Source: Podarcis tiliguerta
Lineage: Eukaryota
Assembly: GCA_965153285.1 (NCBI GenBank)
Contig: OZ229116.1
DNA length: 64,000 bases
Reading direction: 5' to 3' (one strand)
Shown here: positions 25,124 to 38,313 of the stretch, piece after piece
Position numbering within the stretch: position 1 is the stretch's first letter
Layout of the letters: each line of letters opens with the position of its first letter
Translations under genes and position numbers: made by a program
The notes under the pieces: model-generated
Seen by the model: the letters and a program-made list of their open reading frames with translations, nothing else
Told to the model about the DNA's origin: nothing
The model's database searches: none

Positions 25124-28100
25124 TGCCCACCACCATGCTTACGGTCAACTGCTGATAGCTTGCTGGTGGTCCTTACTGTGGGCCACACATGCAGCTAACC
25201 ATAAAGGTGGTTCTCACACAGTATAGTGCTACGAACAGACTCTCAACAAGGAGAGGCCAGCGGGCAAGTTCAATTTGTGACATGGGTTGAGAGGCAAAAT
25301 TACAAGGCCACTCTAATTCTCCATGGAAAAGTTCCACGGGAAGTTAATTGTGTTGTTTAAAAAGCACGCTTCCCTCAAAATTAGAGGCTAACTTGTCTCC
25401 ATAGCCTGCCTTCCCTGTAAACTTTCCATTTGGAATGTTCTACTAAAAAAGAGCTTGGTGCGGCGGGTGAAACTTGCTAATCCAAGGATTGTCAATGCAG
25501 TGACTGTAAGCCCACATGTGCCCTCTGATGCCTTCTCTAGTGCTCACAGAACCCACCCCTTGTTGGAATTAGGCTTGAAAGAAGCATGCTCCATTTGCGA
25601 TGTGTGCATGGCTGCAGTGTTTGTGGTGCCTGCAACTGCTTCTCCACTTTGCAAGGTATGCCATCAGATCCCAAAAAGTTTGGCTAACATTTTACCTTAC
25701 CTGCTAAGGACCAAGGCTATTTACGCCTTGCGCCAAGGAATTCACACAATCACGCCATGTATTTAAGACATCTATAATGCTTTTTGAGCACATCAGCAAC
25801 CTTGCCAAATGGAAAAGCTCAGCTCAATTTTGCTTGCGTGATTGAAGGATACAGGCGCCACAATCCATTCTACTCTTGATATTTCAACATGGGCTCCCTA
25901 TCGGTCTCTCGCGGCACAGGCCGCTGCTACGCTGCATATTAACCTGAGTGAGATTTTCCCCATTGCAGCAGGGTTATGCTTACCCAGAGATAATGCCCAA
26001 GGGATATAATGTACCTCACGCACAGCAACAAAGGCCTAATTGCTTTCTTTTCATAGCAGACAAATGGCCGCAGATGAGAGATCAAACCAGGAGCGCGTCC
26101 AAATTGCAAGCGTTTTGCTCAACAGATAATAGAACTTTTGTGCTCTCCACAAGGAGAGTCTAAAAGATAAGAGAGAATGGGCAGAATCAAGAGGGACTTT
26201 ATTAATGCAAATAATATGAACTGAATATGAACTGCCTATACTGGTACCTTTAGGTCAGTATTTTCTACTCTACACTGACCGGCAGTGGTCCTTCAGGATT
26301 TCAGATGGCAGACATCCCCACCCTTTTATGGCTTTGGTGCAAACTGGTTCTTGGAAATGCTGTCAAGCACATACAGGGGCGATAAGCGTTCCGCCGCATG
26401 TATAGGGAAGACACACTGTCTTAGAGTTAAACTGTGAATATCACAGCAGAGTAGGCTCTCTCCTGGCTGCATGAGGGGAAAGGTCAGAGAATGCCAGTCC
26501 TGGGGGATATTTTATACACTGACCAATTACATACTCCAGCCAGAACACACTGCTCAACACACCCCTTCCTTGGGAAAAAGGGGAAAGGAATTTTTGCTGA
26601 TAAGCAGCCACAGCACAAACGGCACCCGATAACCAGCGAGTGACAAGACACGACTGTTATCATTGAATTCCCAGTGGAATTCTGCCGGGTCACATTTGGG
26701 GAGGCCAAAGGCACGTCTCTGTTCATGAAGGTGTTTTGTTTGATGGAGCAGCTGCTGGTTTGGTGGCTGTTCTGGCTTGAAATCTTGCCAGTTTTTTACT
26801 GTCATTTTTATTTGTTTTAATTGCTGGTAATGGCCACAAGAACCTTGTAGTTGACCGGTGGGGGTGTGGCAGGAGATATAAGATCAAATGGGCTTGCGAC
26901 TTACCTCCAACCAAAGTACTGCTGTTCAGGATAGCAGCAAGCCAGACCTGCCCTCCTCTAAGGTAATATTGAGCCGATAAGAGGCAAGTTCATTCTTCCT
27001 CCTCCCCAGCCCAGTTTCTGATCTTTTTCCCAAATGGACCCTCAGCATTCTGTAGTTATTGGGGAGTCATGGAGCATGCTCATTACCTAAGGCTTTTGCC
27101 TCTAATCCTTTCAACACCCAACCACCCAATTTCACCATTAGAGGAAACATTTTTTTTATTGAAACAAATCCATAAAAAAAACCATCCTATGCTGAACTGA
27201 GATTTGCTCGTGGCTATATCACATAAGGCATAATGTAAGTAGCAGAACATTTGAGTACCTGGTTTGCACACTTATAGACAATATATGCACCTGTGTTTAT
27301 TCTGCATGCTTTATTTTGGTACACGCAGGTCAGTTTTTCCTGACATCTCATCATGTAAATATCTCCAAGTCAGACGAAGGATGAAAGCACAACTCTTCGT
27401 AGCATTTTTACTTTCTTTGGCCACCAACCCAAGCAATGTTATTAAATGCCTTCTACCCTTTATGTTCCCTTTTAACCAGTGGTGAGACATTTGGAGGCGG
27501 GCGTGAGGAACGGCAATGCCCCCTCGTGGTGTTGGCGCTTTTTCACCGCCCCAATGTGTCGCTGATGCTTTTAACCAAATAACTCTCTCTCCATCCATCA
27601 CAACCAAATATGCATAGCTGTATAAACGTTGTCCCCTTGTACGACGGCAGGAGAGGGCAAAGTATAATATTTGGACCAAATGCTTCACACGTTAAGTTTC
27701 AACAGAGTTCTGACAGGTTGCCTCAGTCATCTGCTTCTGTTTTATATTATTGTGTTGGTGGGTGTTAGGTGTATAAATTGGACTATTGATAGGACACTCA
27801 GATTTGGAAGTAACCATTTGCCTGGAAAAACTGTGATGTGGAAGAACTGCCTTCAAAAGAGACCACCAGGGAAGCAAGCCTTTTAAATGGGAAGAGAGTT
27901 GGTTCTTTCTCTCTTGCAAACTGTCAGAAATGACCAACAAGCCAAGCCGGCCCAGGACAAAAAAAATATTATGTGGGCCAGCAACAGTTTGTCATTTTCT
28001 TTGCAATAGTGATGAAATCAAGCACCTCTAGGGAAGATGCTCCACCCACTTTTGGCAAGGCCCTGTACCCAGAGAGGAACGCACCAACTCTTGCATCAGT

Positions 28101-28294
28101 GAATTCCCACAACACCATCGTGTTATGTAAAAACTGGGCAAGGCTCTTTTGAATGGCAGTTGGGGACGCCCAATTAGGTCCCGCGGAATCTCAAAAGGGA
28201 ACAAAGCTGGAAGCTTCTGATTCAATCCATTCTAGGCAACAGTGAAAAAACAGGAACAGAAATTATTTTTTTGTTTTAGCTGTTGTTAATGTAC

Positions 28295-28461
28295 CTTTGT
28301 AGCTCATTCAGTCCCCTGGCTGTGGACGGGCTAGGGTTCAGCCTTAGGAAGTTTTGCTTCAAATTGAGATGAGTGAGGTCCTGGCTATAGAAGAGGTTGG
28401 CAGGGAGATCCTCCAGGCTGCAACATGAGAGATCCACTGAGCTTATTCGCTGTGATGCAAT
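28295..28461 (-). CDS. PHLPP1: PHLPP1 exon 4 (167 nt, phase 0 to 2), start of LRR region
   Basis: ttgcag|ATT GCA; [55 protein letters not shown](R); AAG|gtacat. Confidence 0.96.
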
Positions 28462-28588
28462 CTGCAACAAAACAAGGAACCACAACATTAAAATCAACGA
28501 AACACGAGCATTTGGCTTCTTGCTTGACCTGGGGCACTTCCTGTTGTAGTGTTATCTACTATTTCTTAATGGAATACCTGTTTATGGA

Positions 28589-28632
28589 AGTGAGTGAGTG
28601 AGTGAGTGAGTGAGTGAGTGAGTCAGTCAGTC
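28589..28632. repeat. (AGTG)n/(AGTC)n microsatellite
   Basis: Direct reading. Confidence 0.92.
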
Positions 28633-28741
28633 TGTGTGTGGTAAGCCCATGAATATAGTAATTGGTCACCCCAATTCACGCATCATGAATACAGTACATT
28701 TTGCAAAAACATGCCCGCAGGGGCTGGAGAGTCCTCTAAAC

Positions 28742-29218
28742 CAGTGGCTCCCAATCTTTTAGTTATGGCAACCCACAAGTCCAAATTTCTTTACTATTGT
28801 GACCCATCAATTTTAGCATGCATTTTAGCTGCAATTTTGCCTATGCACATTCAAGCAAAAATTTGCACAACTCTCCTATTAATGTGGAATTTGTTGAAAG
28901 ATGCCTGTGCATCAGAGGCAAAGCTGTAAGAATCACTCAAAACAACTCCCTGTATGAGCACCTTGGGGCAAACCATCACTGGATCTGCCACCACTGGTCA
29001 GAAAGCATGTCCCAAGTGTTAAGATGCAAGACTCAGGCTTTTCTGATATTCGACTACAAGTTTCAACAAAGTGTTAAAAAAAATTGTTGGCATATTATAA
29101 GAGCTGTCCATCATACCAGCACATCACATCGGTTAAAAAAACAACAACCATTCTGTTTATTTATAAAGCCCACCACCCACTTGCCCAGGCTATGTGACCT
29201 ACAGGTTGGGAAACCCTG
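28742..29218. mobile_element. Non-autonomous hAT (Charlie-like) element
   Basis: TIRs CAGTGGCTCCCAA / TTGGGAAACCCTG; TSD CTCTAAAC / CTTTAAAC. Confidence 0.75.
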
Positions 29219-30076
29219 CTTTAAACCTCAGAGAAGGAAGAATACAGAGTCAGGAACGGTGTACTTCCCCCTTTTTCTTCCCTTCCCCCAAATATCATTA
29301 TTTTAGATTTCTAGCCTGCCTCTCGGGGTGAAAGAGAAACCTGGTGAAGAGGGAATATTCAGGGCAAAATAACAGAATCTTCAAATACTAGCTGGTGAAC
29401 TTACTAATTGCTGGAGGCCTACAAGTTAGGATACAAGGGTTCCATTCTCTGTGCATAATGCAAATACTGATCCAGAGAAAAAGGCTATTTCGGGAAGGTC
29501 AGCAGAGTATGTCCTGACTGGGTGAAAAGGAAACAAAGGCAGAAAAAGATAGCCCACCATGCCTGCCCCCATCGCAAGGTTATACAGATCTTTCAGCTAT
29601 TCATTCCAGCACCAAATAAAGCCATGCTGCTCACTTGACGTTTTTACTGCGGCGGCTTTTTAAAACCTCAGCTAAGAATATAATCAAACGAATCATCTAA
29701 ATTGGACAGAAATGAAAAGGCGAAGTAATACTAATGGCTTTGCAAGCCGTACCCAGGGAAAACAGGCAGGAGTTCATTGCTCTGGAGAACTTAATGGCTG
29801 AAGATTGGCAGTGAGAGAGGCTGGCTGGGTTTGACTGGGTTATTTGAAAAACAAAGATTCCCAAGAAGAGAAAACTTAATCCAAACTGCCCAAGTTAGAG
29901 AGGCATGGTCATAAGAACACTGGGCTCTAATATAGGGTATTTCGAACACTTTTATATGCTTCATCCTGGTAATTCTCACAACAGATAGCAGTGTGAATCA
30001 GGTCAACCTTAGTATTCCCACACCTTAAAGGAGGGTCTCAGAAGAGAGGTGGTGGCTTGCTTCAGGTCTGTCTAGT

Positions 30077-30077
30077 A

Positions 30078-30125
<48 letters not shown>

Positions 30126-30508
30126 CTACCCAGCTGGCTGGGTTTCCCCAGCCACTCTGGGCGGCTTCCAACAAAATATTAAAATACAATAGTCCATCAA
30201 ATATTAAAAGCTTCCCTAAACAGGGCTGCCTTCAGATGTCTTCTAAAAGTCTGGAAGTTGTTTTTCTCTTTGACATCTGGTGGGAGGGCGTTCCACAGGG
30301 CGGGTGCCACTACCAAGAAGGCCCTCTGCCTGGTTCCCTGTAACTTGGCTTCTTGTAGCGAGGGAACCGCCAGAAGGCCCTCGGCGCTGGACCTCAATGT
30401 CCAGGCAGAACGGTGGGGGTGGAGACGCTCCTTCAGGTATACTGGACCAAGGCCGTTGAGGGCTTTAAAGGTCAGCACCAACACTGAATTGTGCTCGGAA
30501 ACGTACTG
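30077..30508 (-). mobile_element. L2 LINE 3' end with (TAA)n tail
   Basis: LVLTFKALNGLGPVYLKERL..RAFLVVAPALWNALP..FRRHLKAALFREAF. Confidence 0.9.
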
Positions 30509-31659
30509 TAATCCTGGTCCGATAAATCATACTTATTTCAGAACAGGGCCAAGGAATTCATGACTCAGGAGATCGGAACCAGATTCTTCCTGGCTCTTGG
30601 CGACTTACACCAAACTACATAAGCTTTCAAGTTACTGAGGGAGGTGGGACACTTCAACCCATTTATGGAGCAGTTGATGAAAGGAAAACTGTTCTCATTT
30701 TAGCTCCAAGGAAAACGCAAGCAAGCAAAGAACAAGAATTCAAATTTCTTAAGGACATTCCCCACCAGTATAGAGAATTTTCACACATCACACACTAAAA
30801 AGGCCCTATTTGAGTGTATGAATGAATGAATGTTGTGAGATGATGGTCCCAACTGGGACTGGGAAGCAAGATAAAAACCAAAACAGAACAAAGGTCAGAA
30901 AGCAGAAAACACAGCGCCTTTCAAGTCAAATACATGTTCCAGCCAATGCACATTTTCCATTTGGCAAAGAGATAGTTATGTGAAAATAGTGCTTTTAGTG
31001 TTATGTGTGAAAAGCATCCCGTGAATTTACTCCAGGTCCATTTTCCAACTAGGAACTCTCCTACTCACAATGCCAACTGTTATACCGCAAAGGTCATCTC
31101 AGAACTGCTTCTCAAGTTAACACCCTGGCAACGTAACTTACTTTGATAATTGGAATAATTTCATGTTGGAATTACATGCAAACTATGTGCAGGCTGTTAC
31201 ATGGGCCTTAATCTCAAAACCACAGTGGAATATGCATGGGAAATCAAAAAGTGTGATTGCACAAGCAACACAGCTGAGCATTAATTTTTTGGGGGGGTGG
31301 GTATTATTGGGTTGTGGTTTTTATTTTAATTATATATATATTGTCATTTTTATGTTGATCTTTTCTGTGAAACGCCCAGGGGTATAGGGCGGTATACAAA
31401 ATTCAATAAATAAATAATAAAAATAAAACAATTCATTTTGCACTTTTCAAAAGCCGCGCTCATATTTAACCACCATCAATGAAAAATTGCTCTATACAAA
31501 GCTACATACTATTTGCGTATCACTCAGAAGGCAGCAGCTGAAAGCCCCACTTAGAAGCCAATTCTAGAGTTTTAAAACGGGCAGGAATTACGTGAAATGG
31601 GAAAGGAGAATCTTCTTTGCTAGCCAACAAAACATAGCAGCGGGTGTGAACTAGTGTTT

Positions 31660-31902
31660 AAGGCATGGGAAAGCAAACTAAGGCCCAGGGGCCGGATCTG
31701 GCCCAATCGCCTTTTGAATCTGGCCTGCGGACGGTCCAGGAATCAGCATGTTTTTACATGAATGTGTCCTTTTATTTAAAATGAATCTCTGGATTATTTG
31801 TGGAGCATAGGAATTTGTTCAAATTTTTTTTTTCAAAATATAGTCCGGCCCCCCACAAGGTCTGAGGGGCAGTCAACCGGCCCCCTGTTGAAAAAGTTTG
31901 CT
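31660..31902. mobile_element. hAT-Charlie-like MITE
   Basis: AAACTAAGGCCCAGGGGCCGGATCTGGCCC...CCGGCCCCCTGTTGAAAAAGTTTGCT; termini eroded. Confidence 0.65.
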
Positions 31903-32289
31903 TAAACACAATAGAATCCATCTGCTAAAAATGGTACATTGCCACCCCTGGTTTTTGGTAAGCACTGCTGGTTTTTTGTGTGTGTTTTTTTAAAGTGCTT
32001 CCTAAGCAGAATTTATAAACAAGGGTTTAAAAACAGTTAATCTAACAAATGAACTTGCTCGGTTTTGGGGGCCCCATGCGCCCATTTGGAAATCTGTCAT
32101 TGGCATCACAAAATATCGATTAACAAGAGGAAACTGGGGGTTTTCAACACCCCACCCCCACCCCGACACCAATATTATTCCAAACAGGAAATACATTTAC
32201 GCATATTATAAAACAAATGAAACTCAAGTCATGTTCCAGCCAAACATGAGGAAAAATTTTCTGGCGGTAAGAGTGAAACTGTCTCCCTT

Positions 32290-32438
32290 GGGAGGTTGTG
32301 GACTCTCCTCCCTTGGAGGTTTTTAAGCAGAGGTTGGACGGCCATCTGTCATGGATGCTTTAGTTGAGATTCCTGCATTGCAGGGGGTTGGACTAGATGA
32401 CCCTCAGAGTCCCTTCCGACTCTGCCATCCTCTGATTC
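32290..32438 (+). mobile_element. CR1 LINE 3' end
   Basis: GGACTCTCCTCCCTTGGAGGTTTTTAAGCAGAGGTTGGA..GGGGGTTGGACTAGATGACCCT. Confidence 0.8.
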
Positions 32439-33214
32439 AAATGTACAAAAACAGGCTACCCCCTCAGAACAAGCCATTGATTAAAGCCTATTAAAAAAAT
32501 TGGGAGGGGCAGGGAATCTTGGTTGGAGCAAAAAGAGATGACTAATGGCCCTACAGGCAACAAAGCCAAACTTTGAGTGGTACCTTTTCATGGGGGGGAG
32601 GATTCCTCCTGCCCCCCCAACCGCTTTCGAGCAGGAAGGCAGACTCAACCATTTCAGAGTGGGTGCAACATTGCCAATCACGGTGGTCCTAAGGTATATT
32701 TCTAAAACTACAGGAAATCTGCATATTATGAGCACCTGGGTGGAGCACTGGCAACTGTGTGGGTCTCAAGAGAGTGCCATTCCTAATAAAATAATGCCGG
32801 TAAATTCTGTACAAGAAGTAAAGAGGAATTCAAGAAAGCCAAGAAATGCCATGCAAGTCTGATAGCAGAAAGAGGAAGCAATTGAAGCATGTTCTATGGC
32901 TAGCTTGCACTCTAAAGTGCAGAGTCTTGTAAATCATCATTATTTGAAAACCACTTGCTGTTCACCCACAGAAAGACCAAGTCACAACCACATCCTCTCT
33001 AGATAATTTCTGGGTACCGAGAATTATTTTGAGGACGGTGGCAAACTAAAAGCTATCCCGCCAGGACAGAAGTAACTCCATCTCTAGTCATAAATCTCAC
33101 ATGACAAATCCAAGTTTCTTTGCATGGCGTGTAGAAGCACCAAAACAGGACAGGGAAGTGGGGCACACTTCATCATTCCAGAACAATACAGGTGGTGGTG
33201 GGGAAAGAAGGTTT

Positions 33215-33355
33215 AGAGTTCAGTTGGTAGAGCATGAGACTCTTAAGCTCAGGGCCGTGGGTTTGATTCCCATCGTGGGCAAAATATTCCTGAACTGCAG
33301 GGGGTTGAACAAAATGACTCTTGGGTGCCCATATGAACTCCTGCAATTCTGTGAA
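33215..33355 (+). mobile_element. tRNA-Lys-derived SINE (Squam2 type)
   Basis: CAGTTGGTAGAGCATGAGACTCTTAA head and CR1-like tail. Confidence 0.7.
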
Positions 33356-34278
33356 TTCTTAATTTTAAAAAAATTGCCTCCTTCAGAAACACAGTTTGAA
33401 ACCAACGCATCCAAAAACATGGTCCACAAAAACGAAAACCAAGAAAGTGCCATTTGCAAAAAGTGCTATTTCTATACCCTGCCTTTGTTGCTAAAGATTC
33501 TACAAGTCGTCTTCTCGGACTACAACTCCCATTCTTTCTGACCACTGGCCATGCTGACTGAGGGAGTCTATCAATGCCTAGAGAGATTCAGGTTCCCCAT
33601 CCCTGATAAAAACAATGTACTATGGTCCCGCAGCTTGCCCTCCCACCAGGAAATTCAGGGTGGAGTACGTAGAAGTTATCCCATTTTAACAATCACTACC
33701 TGAGTTTGTGGCCAAGTGGAAAACTGAACTCACACCTCTTTGGGTCAAGCGACTGTAGGACATTCCCCGACAGAAAGTTGTGGTGGCAACAGATTTGATC
33801 TCACTGGTCAATTACGTAGGCTAAATAAAAAAATTGTTTTAACTGTCAAATGAAGGTATGTGGTTTTCTTGTCAGCATCGCTTTAAGAAAACATACATAA
33901 AATCTAACCAAGCAGAAAATTACAAGTTGACAGGAACATATGCATGACCTTGCTTCATCAAATCAGAACCTGTCAAGTCTTGTAAAAGCAAACGTTACAA
34001 TTAAGGAATAGTATCTCACATTAAACTCTTCTTTTTACCTAAATAGCCAGGGAAACAGCCACAACAAATCACATCATTCAGTCCTAACTTTGTCTCCACG
34101 TTTCAGGCTCCTCAATAAAAACAGTGTCTGATTTAGGAGAAAGGAAGACCTGAAACTTCCCACATTTTGTACTATCAGTTAATGGTTTGACAGAGGACAC
34201 ATGAACTCCAAGAAACCCCTCATTAGTAACAGAGCTTCAATATTGGGGGGGGGGGGTTGTCTAAGTCCACTGCATTAC

Positions 34279-34572
34279 AAAAGAAGAAGAAGAAGAAGAA
34301 GAAGAAGAAGAAGAAGAGGAGGAGGAGGAGGAAGAGTTTGGATTTGATATCCCGCTTTATCACTACCCGAAGGAGTCTCAAAGTAGCTCACATTCTCCTT
34401 TCCCTTCCTCCCCCACAACAAACACTCTGTGAGGTGAGTGGGGCTGAGAGACTTCAAAGAAGTGTGACTGGCCCAAGGTCACCCAGCAGCTGTATGTGGA
34501 GGAGCGGAGATGCGAACCCGGTTCCCCAGATTACAAGACTACTGCTCTTAACCACTACACCACACATGGCTC
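34279..34572 (-). mobile_element. Squam3-type SINE
   Basis: Reverse complement of the 24876 copy; tail reads (AAG)n/(AGG)n on the + strand. Confidence 0.8.
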
Positions 34573-34603
34573 AGAAGAAGAAGGAGGAGGAGGAGGAGGA
34601 GGA

Positions 34604-34635
<32 letters not shown>

Positions 34636-34636
34636 T
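34573..34636. repeat. Compound (GAA)n(GAG)n(CAG)n trinucleotide repeat
   Basis: Direct reading. Confidence 0.92.
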
Positions 34637-35447
34637 GCTTATAGGCCCCCAGAGGACGTCTAGATGTTGAACTTACAACTCCCATTACCTCTACTGGCCA
34701 TGGTGTCTGTTATAGGAGGAGGAAATCTAGTTGTGGTATGTAGCCTACTACTAAATTTGACAGGTGTCAATCACATGCATGCATTGCAAAGGGAAATCCT
34801 CAAACTGGTCCCATCAGCTATTATCCCAGTGACCTCCCCCTCAGTACAAACTAGAAGGGTTATTCATTTAACCTATGATCATTTTTATGGTCTGCACCCT
34901 TGCCCAACTGTGAAGCATTTTACCCTTGGGTGGGCTTTCCTCAAATTACAACGTATTGATATTCTCAGGCATGAAGGTGAACCTTTTCTCTCCCGCGAAA
35001 GAAGAATTGTTCGTGTGTTCCCAATAAATTTGCTGAGATGAAAGTTCACTGTCCCCTTAACCTTGATTTTCTGCAGGTAGCACAAGCAAACTCCCATCTC
35101 TGTTGCAAGTGAACATGAAGCAAAAAAAAGCACTGCACTGTTTGAAGGCAGCATGTTTGCGCAATGTAAGGAATATATATATAAACTGTATGTAGCAAGA
35201 ACCAAACGATTATTACATCAATGGCAGATTGGCTGGAGAAACAGTTTCTAATCTGTGTGCCCCATCATGGAGCTTGTTAAAAGCTGGGAGTGTGGAAATG
35301 CATCTCTCAGTAGTAAGAGATTCACCATTCACCACTTTCAACCAAGGATGGAGTCACTTCCCTATGGGGACCTCAATACCATTTAGATCCAGGAATCCTA
35401 TGGGCAGGGCATGCATTCAGCATAGCTCCTTGCTATCAAAAAACACA

Positions 35448-36107
35448 CAAGAAGATCATGGCCGCTGGGCCCATCACCTCCTGGCAAATAGAAGGGGAAG
35501 AAATTGAGGCAGTGAGAGATTTTACTTTCTTGGGCTCCATGATCACTGCAGATGGTGACAGCAGTCACGGAATTAAAAGACGCCTGCTTCTTGGGAGAAA
35601 AGCAATGACAAACCTAGACAGCATCTTAAAATGCAGAGACATCACCTTGCCAACAAAGGTCCGTATAGTTAAAGCTATAGTTATCCCAGTAGTGATGTAT
35701 GGAAGTGAGAGCTGAACCATAAAGAAGGCTGATCGCCGAAGAATGGATGCTTTTGAATTATGGTGCTGGAGGAGACTCTTGAGAGTCCCATGGACTGCAA
35801 GAAGATCAAACCTATCCATTCTGAAGCAAATCTGCCCTGAGTTCTCACTGGAAGGACAGATCCTGAAGCTGAGGCTCCAATACTTTGGCCACCTCATGAG
35901 AAGAGAAGACTCCCTAGAAAAGAACCTGATGTGGGGAAAGATGGAGGGCACAAGGAGAAGGGGGCGACAGAGGACGAGATGGCTGGACAGTGTTCTCGAA
36001 GCTACCAGCATGAGTCTGACCAAACTGCGGGAGGCAGTGGAAAACAGGAGTGCCTGGCATGCTCTGGTCCATGGGGTCACAAAGAGTCAGACACGACTAA
36101 ACAACAA
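35448..36107 (+). mobile_element. BovB (RTE clade LINE), 5'-truncated 3' fragment
   Basis: KIMAAGPITSWQIEGEEIEAVRDFTFLGSMITADGDSSH..MYGSES*..DAFELWCWRRLLRVPWTARRSN..LQYFGHLMRR; 3' end GGGGTCACAAAGAGTCAGACACGACTAAACAACAA; premature TGA at 35713-35715. Confidence 0.93.
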
Positions 36108-37958
36108 AATCCAAAGCTCGCCCAGTAAGAAGGTAGGAGGACAACTCACAAGCGCCAAAACCATGTCATTGCCCACAGGCTATGCATGATGTTGTTTCAA
36201 AACATTACTGGAACAGCATGGAAAGCACCCACAGAGAAATAGCCCTTACATGGCTGCAGATAACTTATGAATCAGCGTTCATCCTTGGTTGATTCAGCCC
36301 TGAGTGACCACGTAAAGAGCACCCATCAGTTGTCTTGAGTATAAAGAAGTGTTCAGAGTTTAACACAAGAATCCATTACATGAACTTGCCAGTGACATCC
36401 TATAAGGAACAGGTGGTCTGCATACCATATGGTGTTTTCTGTTGCTGTTTAAAACACCACAACTTCAATGCTATGTTCACTCTGATCCTGCCATTGGTCA
36501 ATCTATTCTGGTAAATATGACCAGGCATGTGGTAAATTAAAAACTCTTTAGTGTTCAAAGAGCAACATAGCTCCAAGAGCACTTCTTTTCTTCTAAGTTC
36601 CAAAGCGTTCTCCTCAAAGTTCTGCAAGAGAAACTTTGATCTATCTTCAGTAAGACTGTTGCACCAAACTAGGGAAATAGTGTACTGATTCCGGATTCCA
36701 GCCCCCACAGAGGTCTATGAATGCAGACCTCCCCATTTCAGACGTCCATCCTAAGCACGTGGTAAGTCAATCTTGCAACCACAGGCAATGGCACAGCTTC
36801 ACTGCCCTTTTAATCACGTGGAGCCCCTTCACACAATTAACACATGAAGAGGGATTATAAAATAATCCTGTTCTAGTCCTGCAGTTTATAGATGTGAATA
36901 CATACACGCATGTAGAACTGGATTGGGGAAGCTTCAGGCCTCTTGATTTTGATACACTACAAACCCTATTATCTCTGATTCTTGGCCATACTGGTTGGGG
37001 TCGATTGGAGCTGGAGCTGGAGCTGGAGTCCAGCAATATCTGGTCCAAACAATTCCCCACTCTGATCAAGGACATGGCAATCCAGTTCTAGATACCGTTC
37101 CCCCCCCAAAAAAAAATCACTTTCCCCCCCCAAACACATACGACATTTTCTCCCCATGTCCAAGTGTTCATTAAAAAGTAAATTTCTGAGATGACACAAC
37201 TACACACAAATCTCAACGTTTCTCTACACAGTCCAATAGCTCTCTAAATATATATTTAGCAAGAAAAGGAACTGGTGGGGTGGGGAAGAGTTTCAATCAC
37301 TGAACTGTATTCACTTACGGCACAAATGCAAATTTACACAAAGGGATGGATTCTAGAACAGGACGCATGTGCGAATAGCAAAGCCATGAACCACAAAGAG
37401 ATGTCAGTCACATTCGTGGCAACTTGCTCAACCTTCTTAAGTTTCATTCGTCCCCCCAAATGCATCTCAACTCATGTATACAATACATGGGCCTGTGTAT
37501 AATATTTGAGCACTAGGTAAGAGGAAGGCAGGGGACCTTCTTATGAGGAAAATGAAGGTGAGCAGGGCTTTTTCTCCAATTCCAACAGGTGGGCGCCATT
37601 GCCATTGTAAGAGCACAAGGGAGGTGTCCGTGTTGAGTTCCGGCACCCCTTTTTCTAGAAAAACAGCACTGAAGGTGAGCCTAGTGTTAACCACTGACAT
37701 ACAATCAAGAGGAATGTAAAATTATGAAACAAAGATGAAATAAATATATCTCAAAGCAAGTAAAATAATAAAATAAATAATGAAGAGGAACAACAAGCAA
37801 CCATCCTCATCCACAGTCAACGGCCTCAAGTTATTGGGGCTACCACATTTAGGGATCCCAGTGCTGTTCAACAACAGGGCAAGAAGTGGTTCCTGTGGCC
37901 TTCTCTAAAGGTGGGCAGAAAGAGAGATTTAGAGGGCACTGGGGTATCTTGCCTTGTA

Positions 37959-38313
37959 AGGTAAAGGTAAAGGGACCCCTGACCATTAGGTCCAGTCGTG
38001 GCTGACTCTGGGGTTGCGGCGCTCATCTCGCTTTATTGGCCGAGGGAGCCGGCGTACAGCTTCCGGGTCATGTGGTCAGCATGACTATGCCGCTTCTGGC
38101 AAACCAGAGTAGCACACGGAAACGCCGTTTACCTTCCTGCTGGAGCGGTGCCTGTTTATCTACTTCAACTTTGATGTGCTTTCAAACTGTTAGGTTGGCA
38201 GGAGCAGGGACCGAGCAACGGGAGCTCACCCCATCGCGGAGATTCGAACCGCCGACCTTCTGATCAGCAAGTCCTAGGCTCTGTGGTTTAACCCACAGCG
38301 CCACCCGCGTCCC
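37959..38313 (-). mobile_element. Sauria SINE (Squam1)
   Basis: Full length, reverse orientation; TSD TCTTGCCTTGTA at 37947-37958 and 38316-38327. Confidence 0.92.

Noticed and set aside
35458-36189. RT-related ORFs (85 and 148 aa) and a 171-aa antisense ORF as a domesticated gene
   Set aside because: A 5'-truncated BovB with a nonsense codon; the antisense frame is a by-product.
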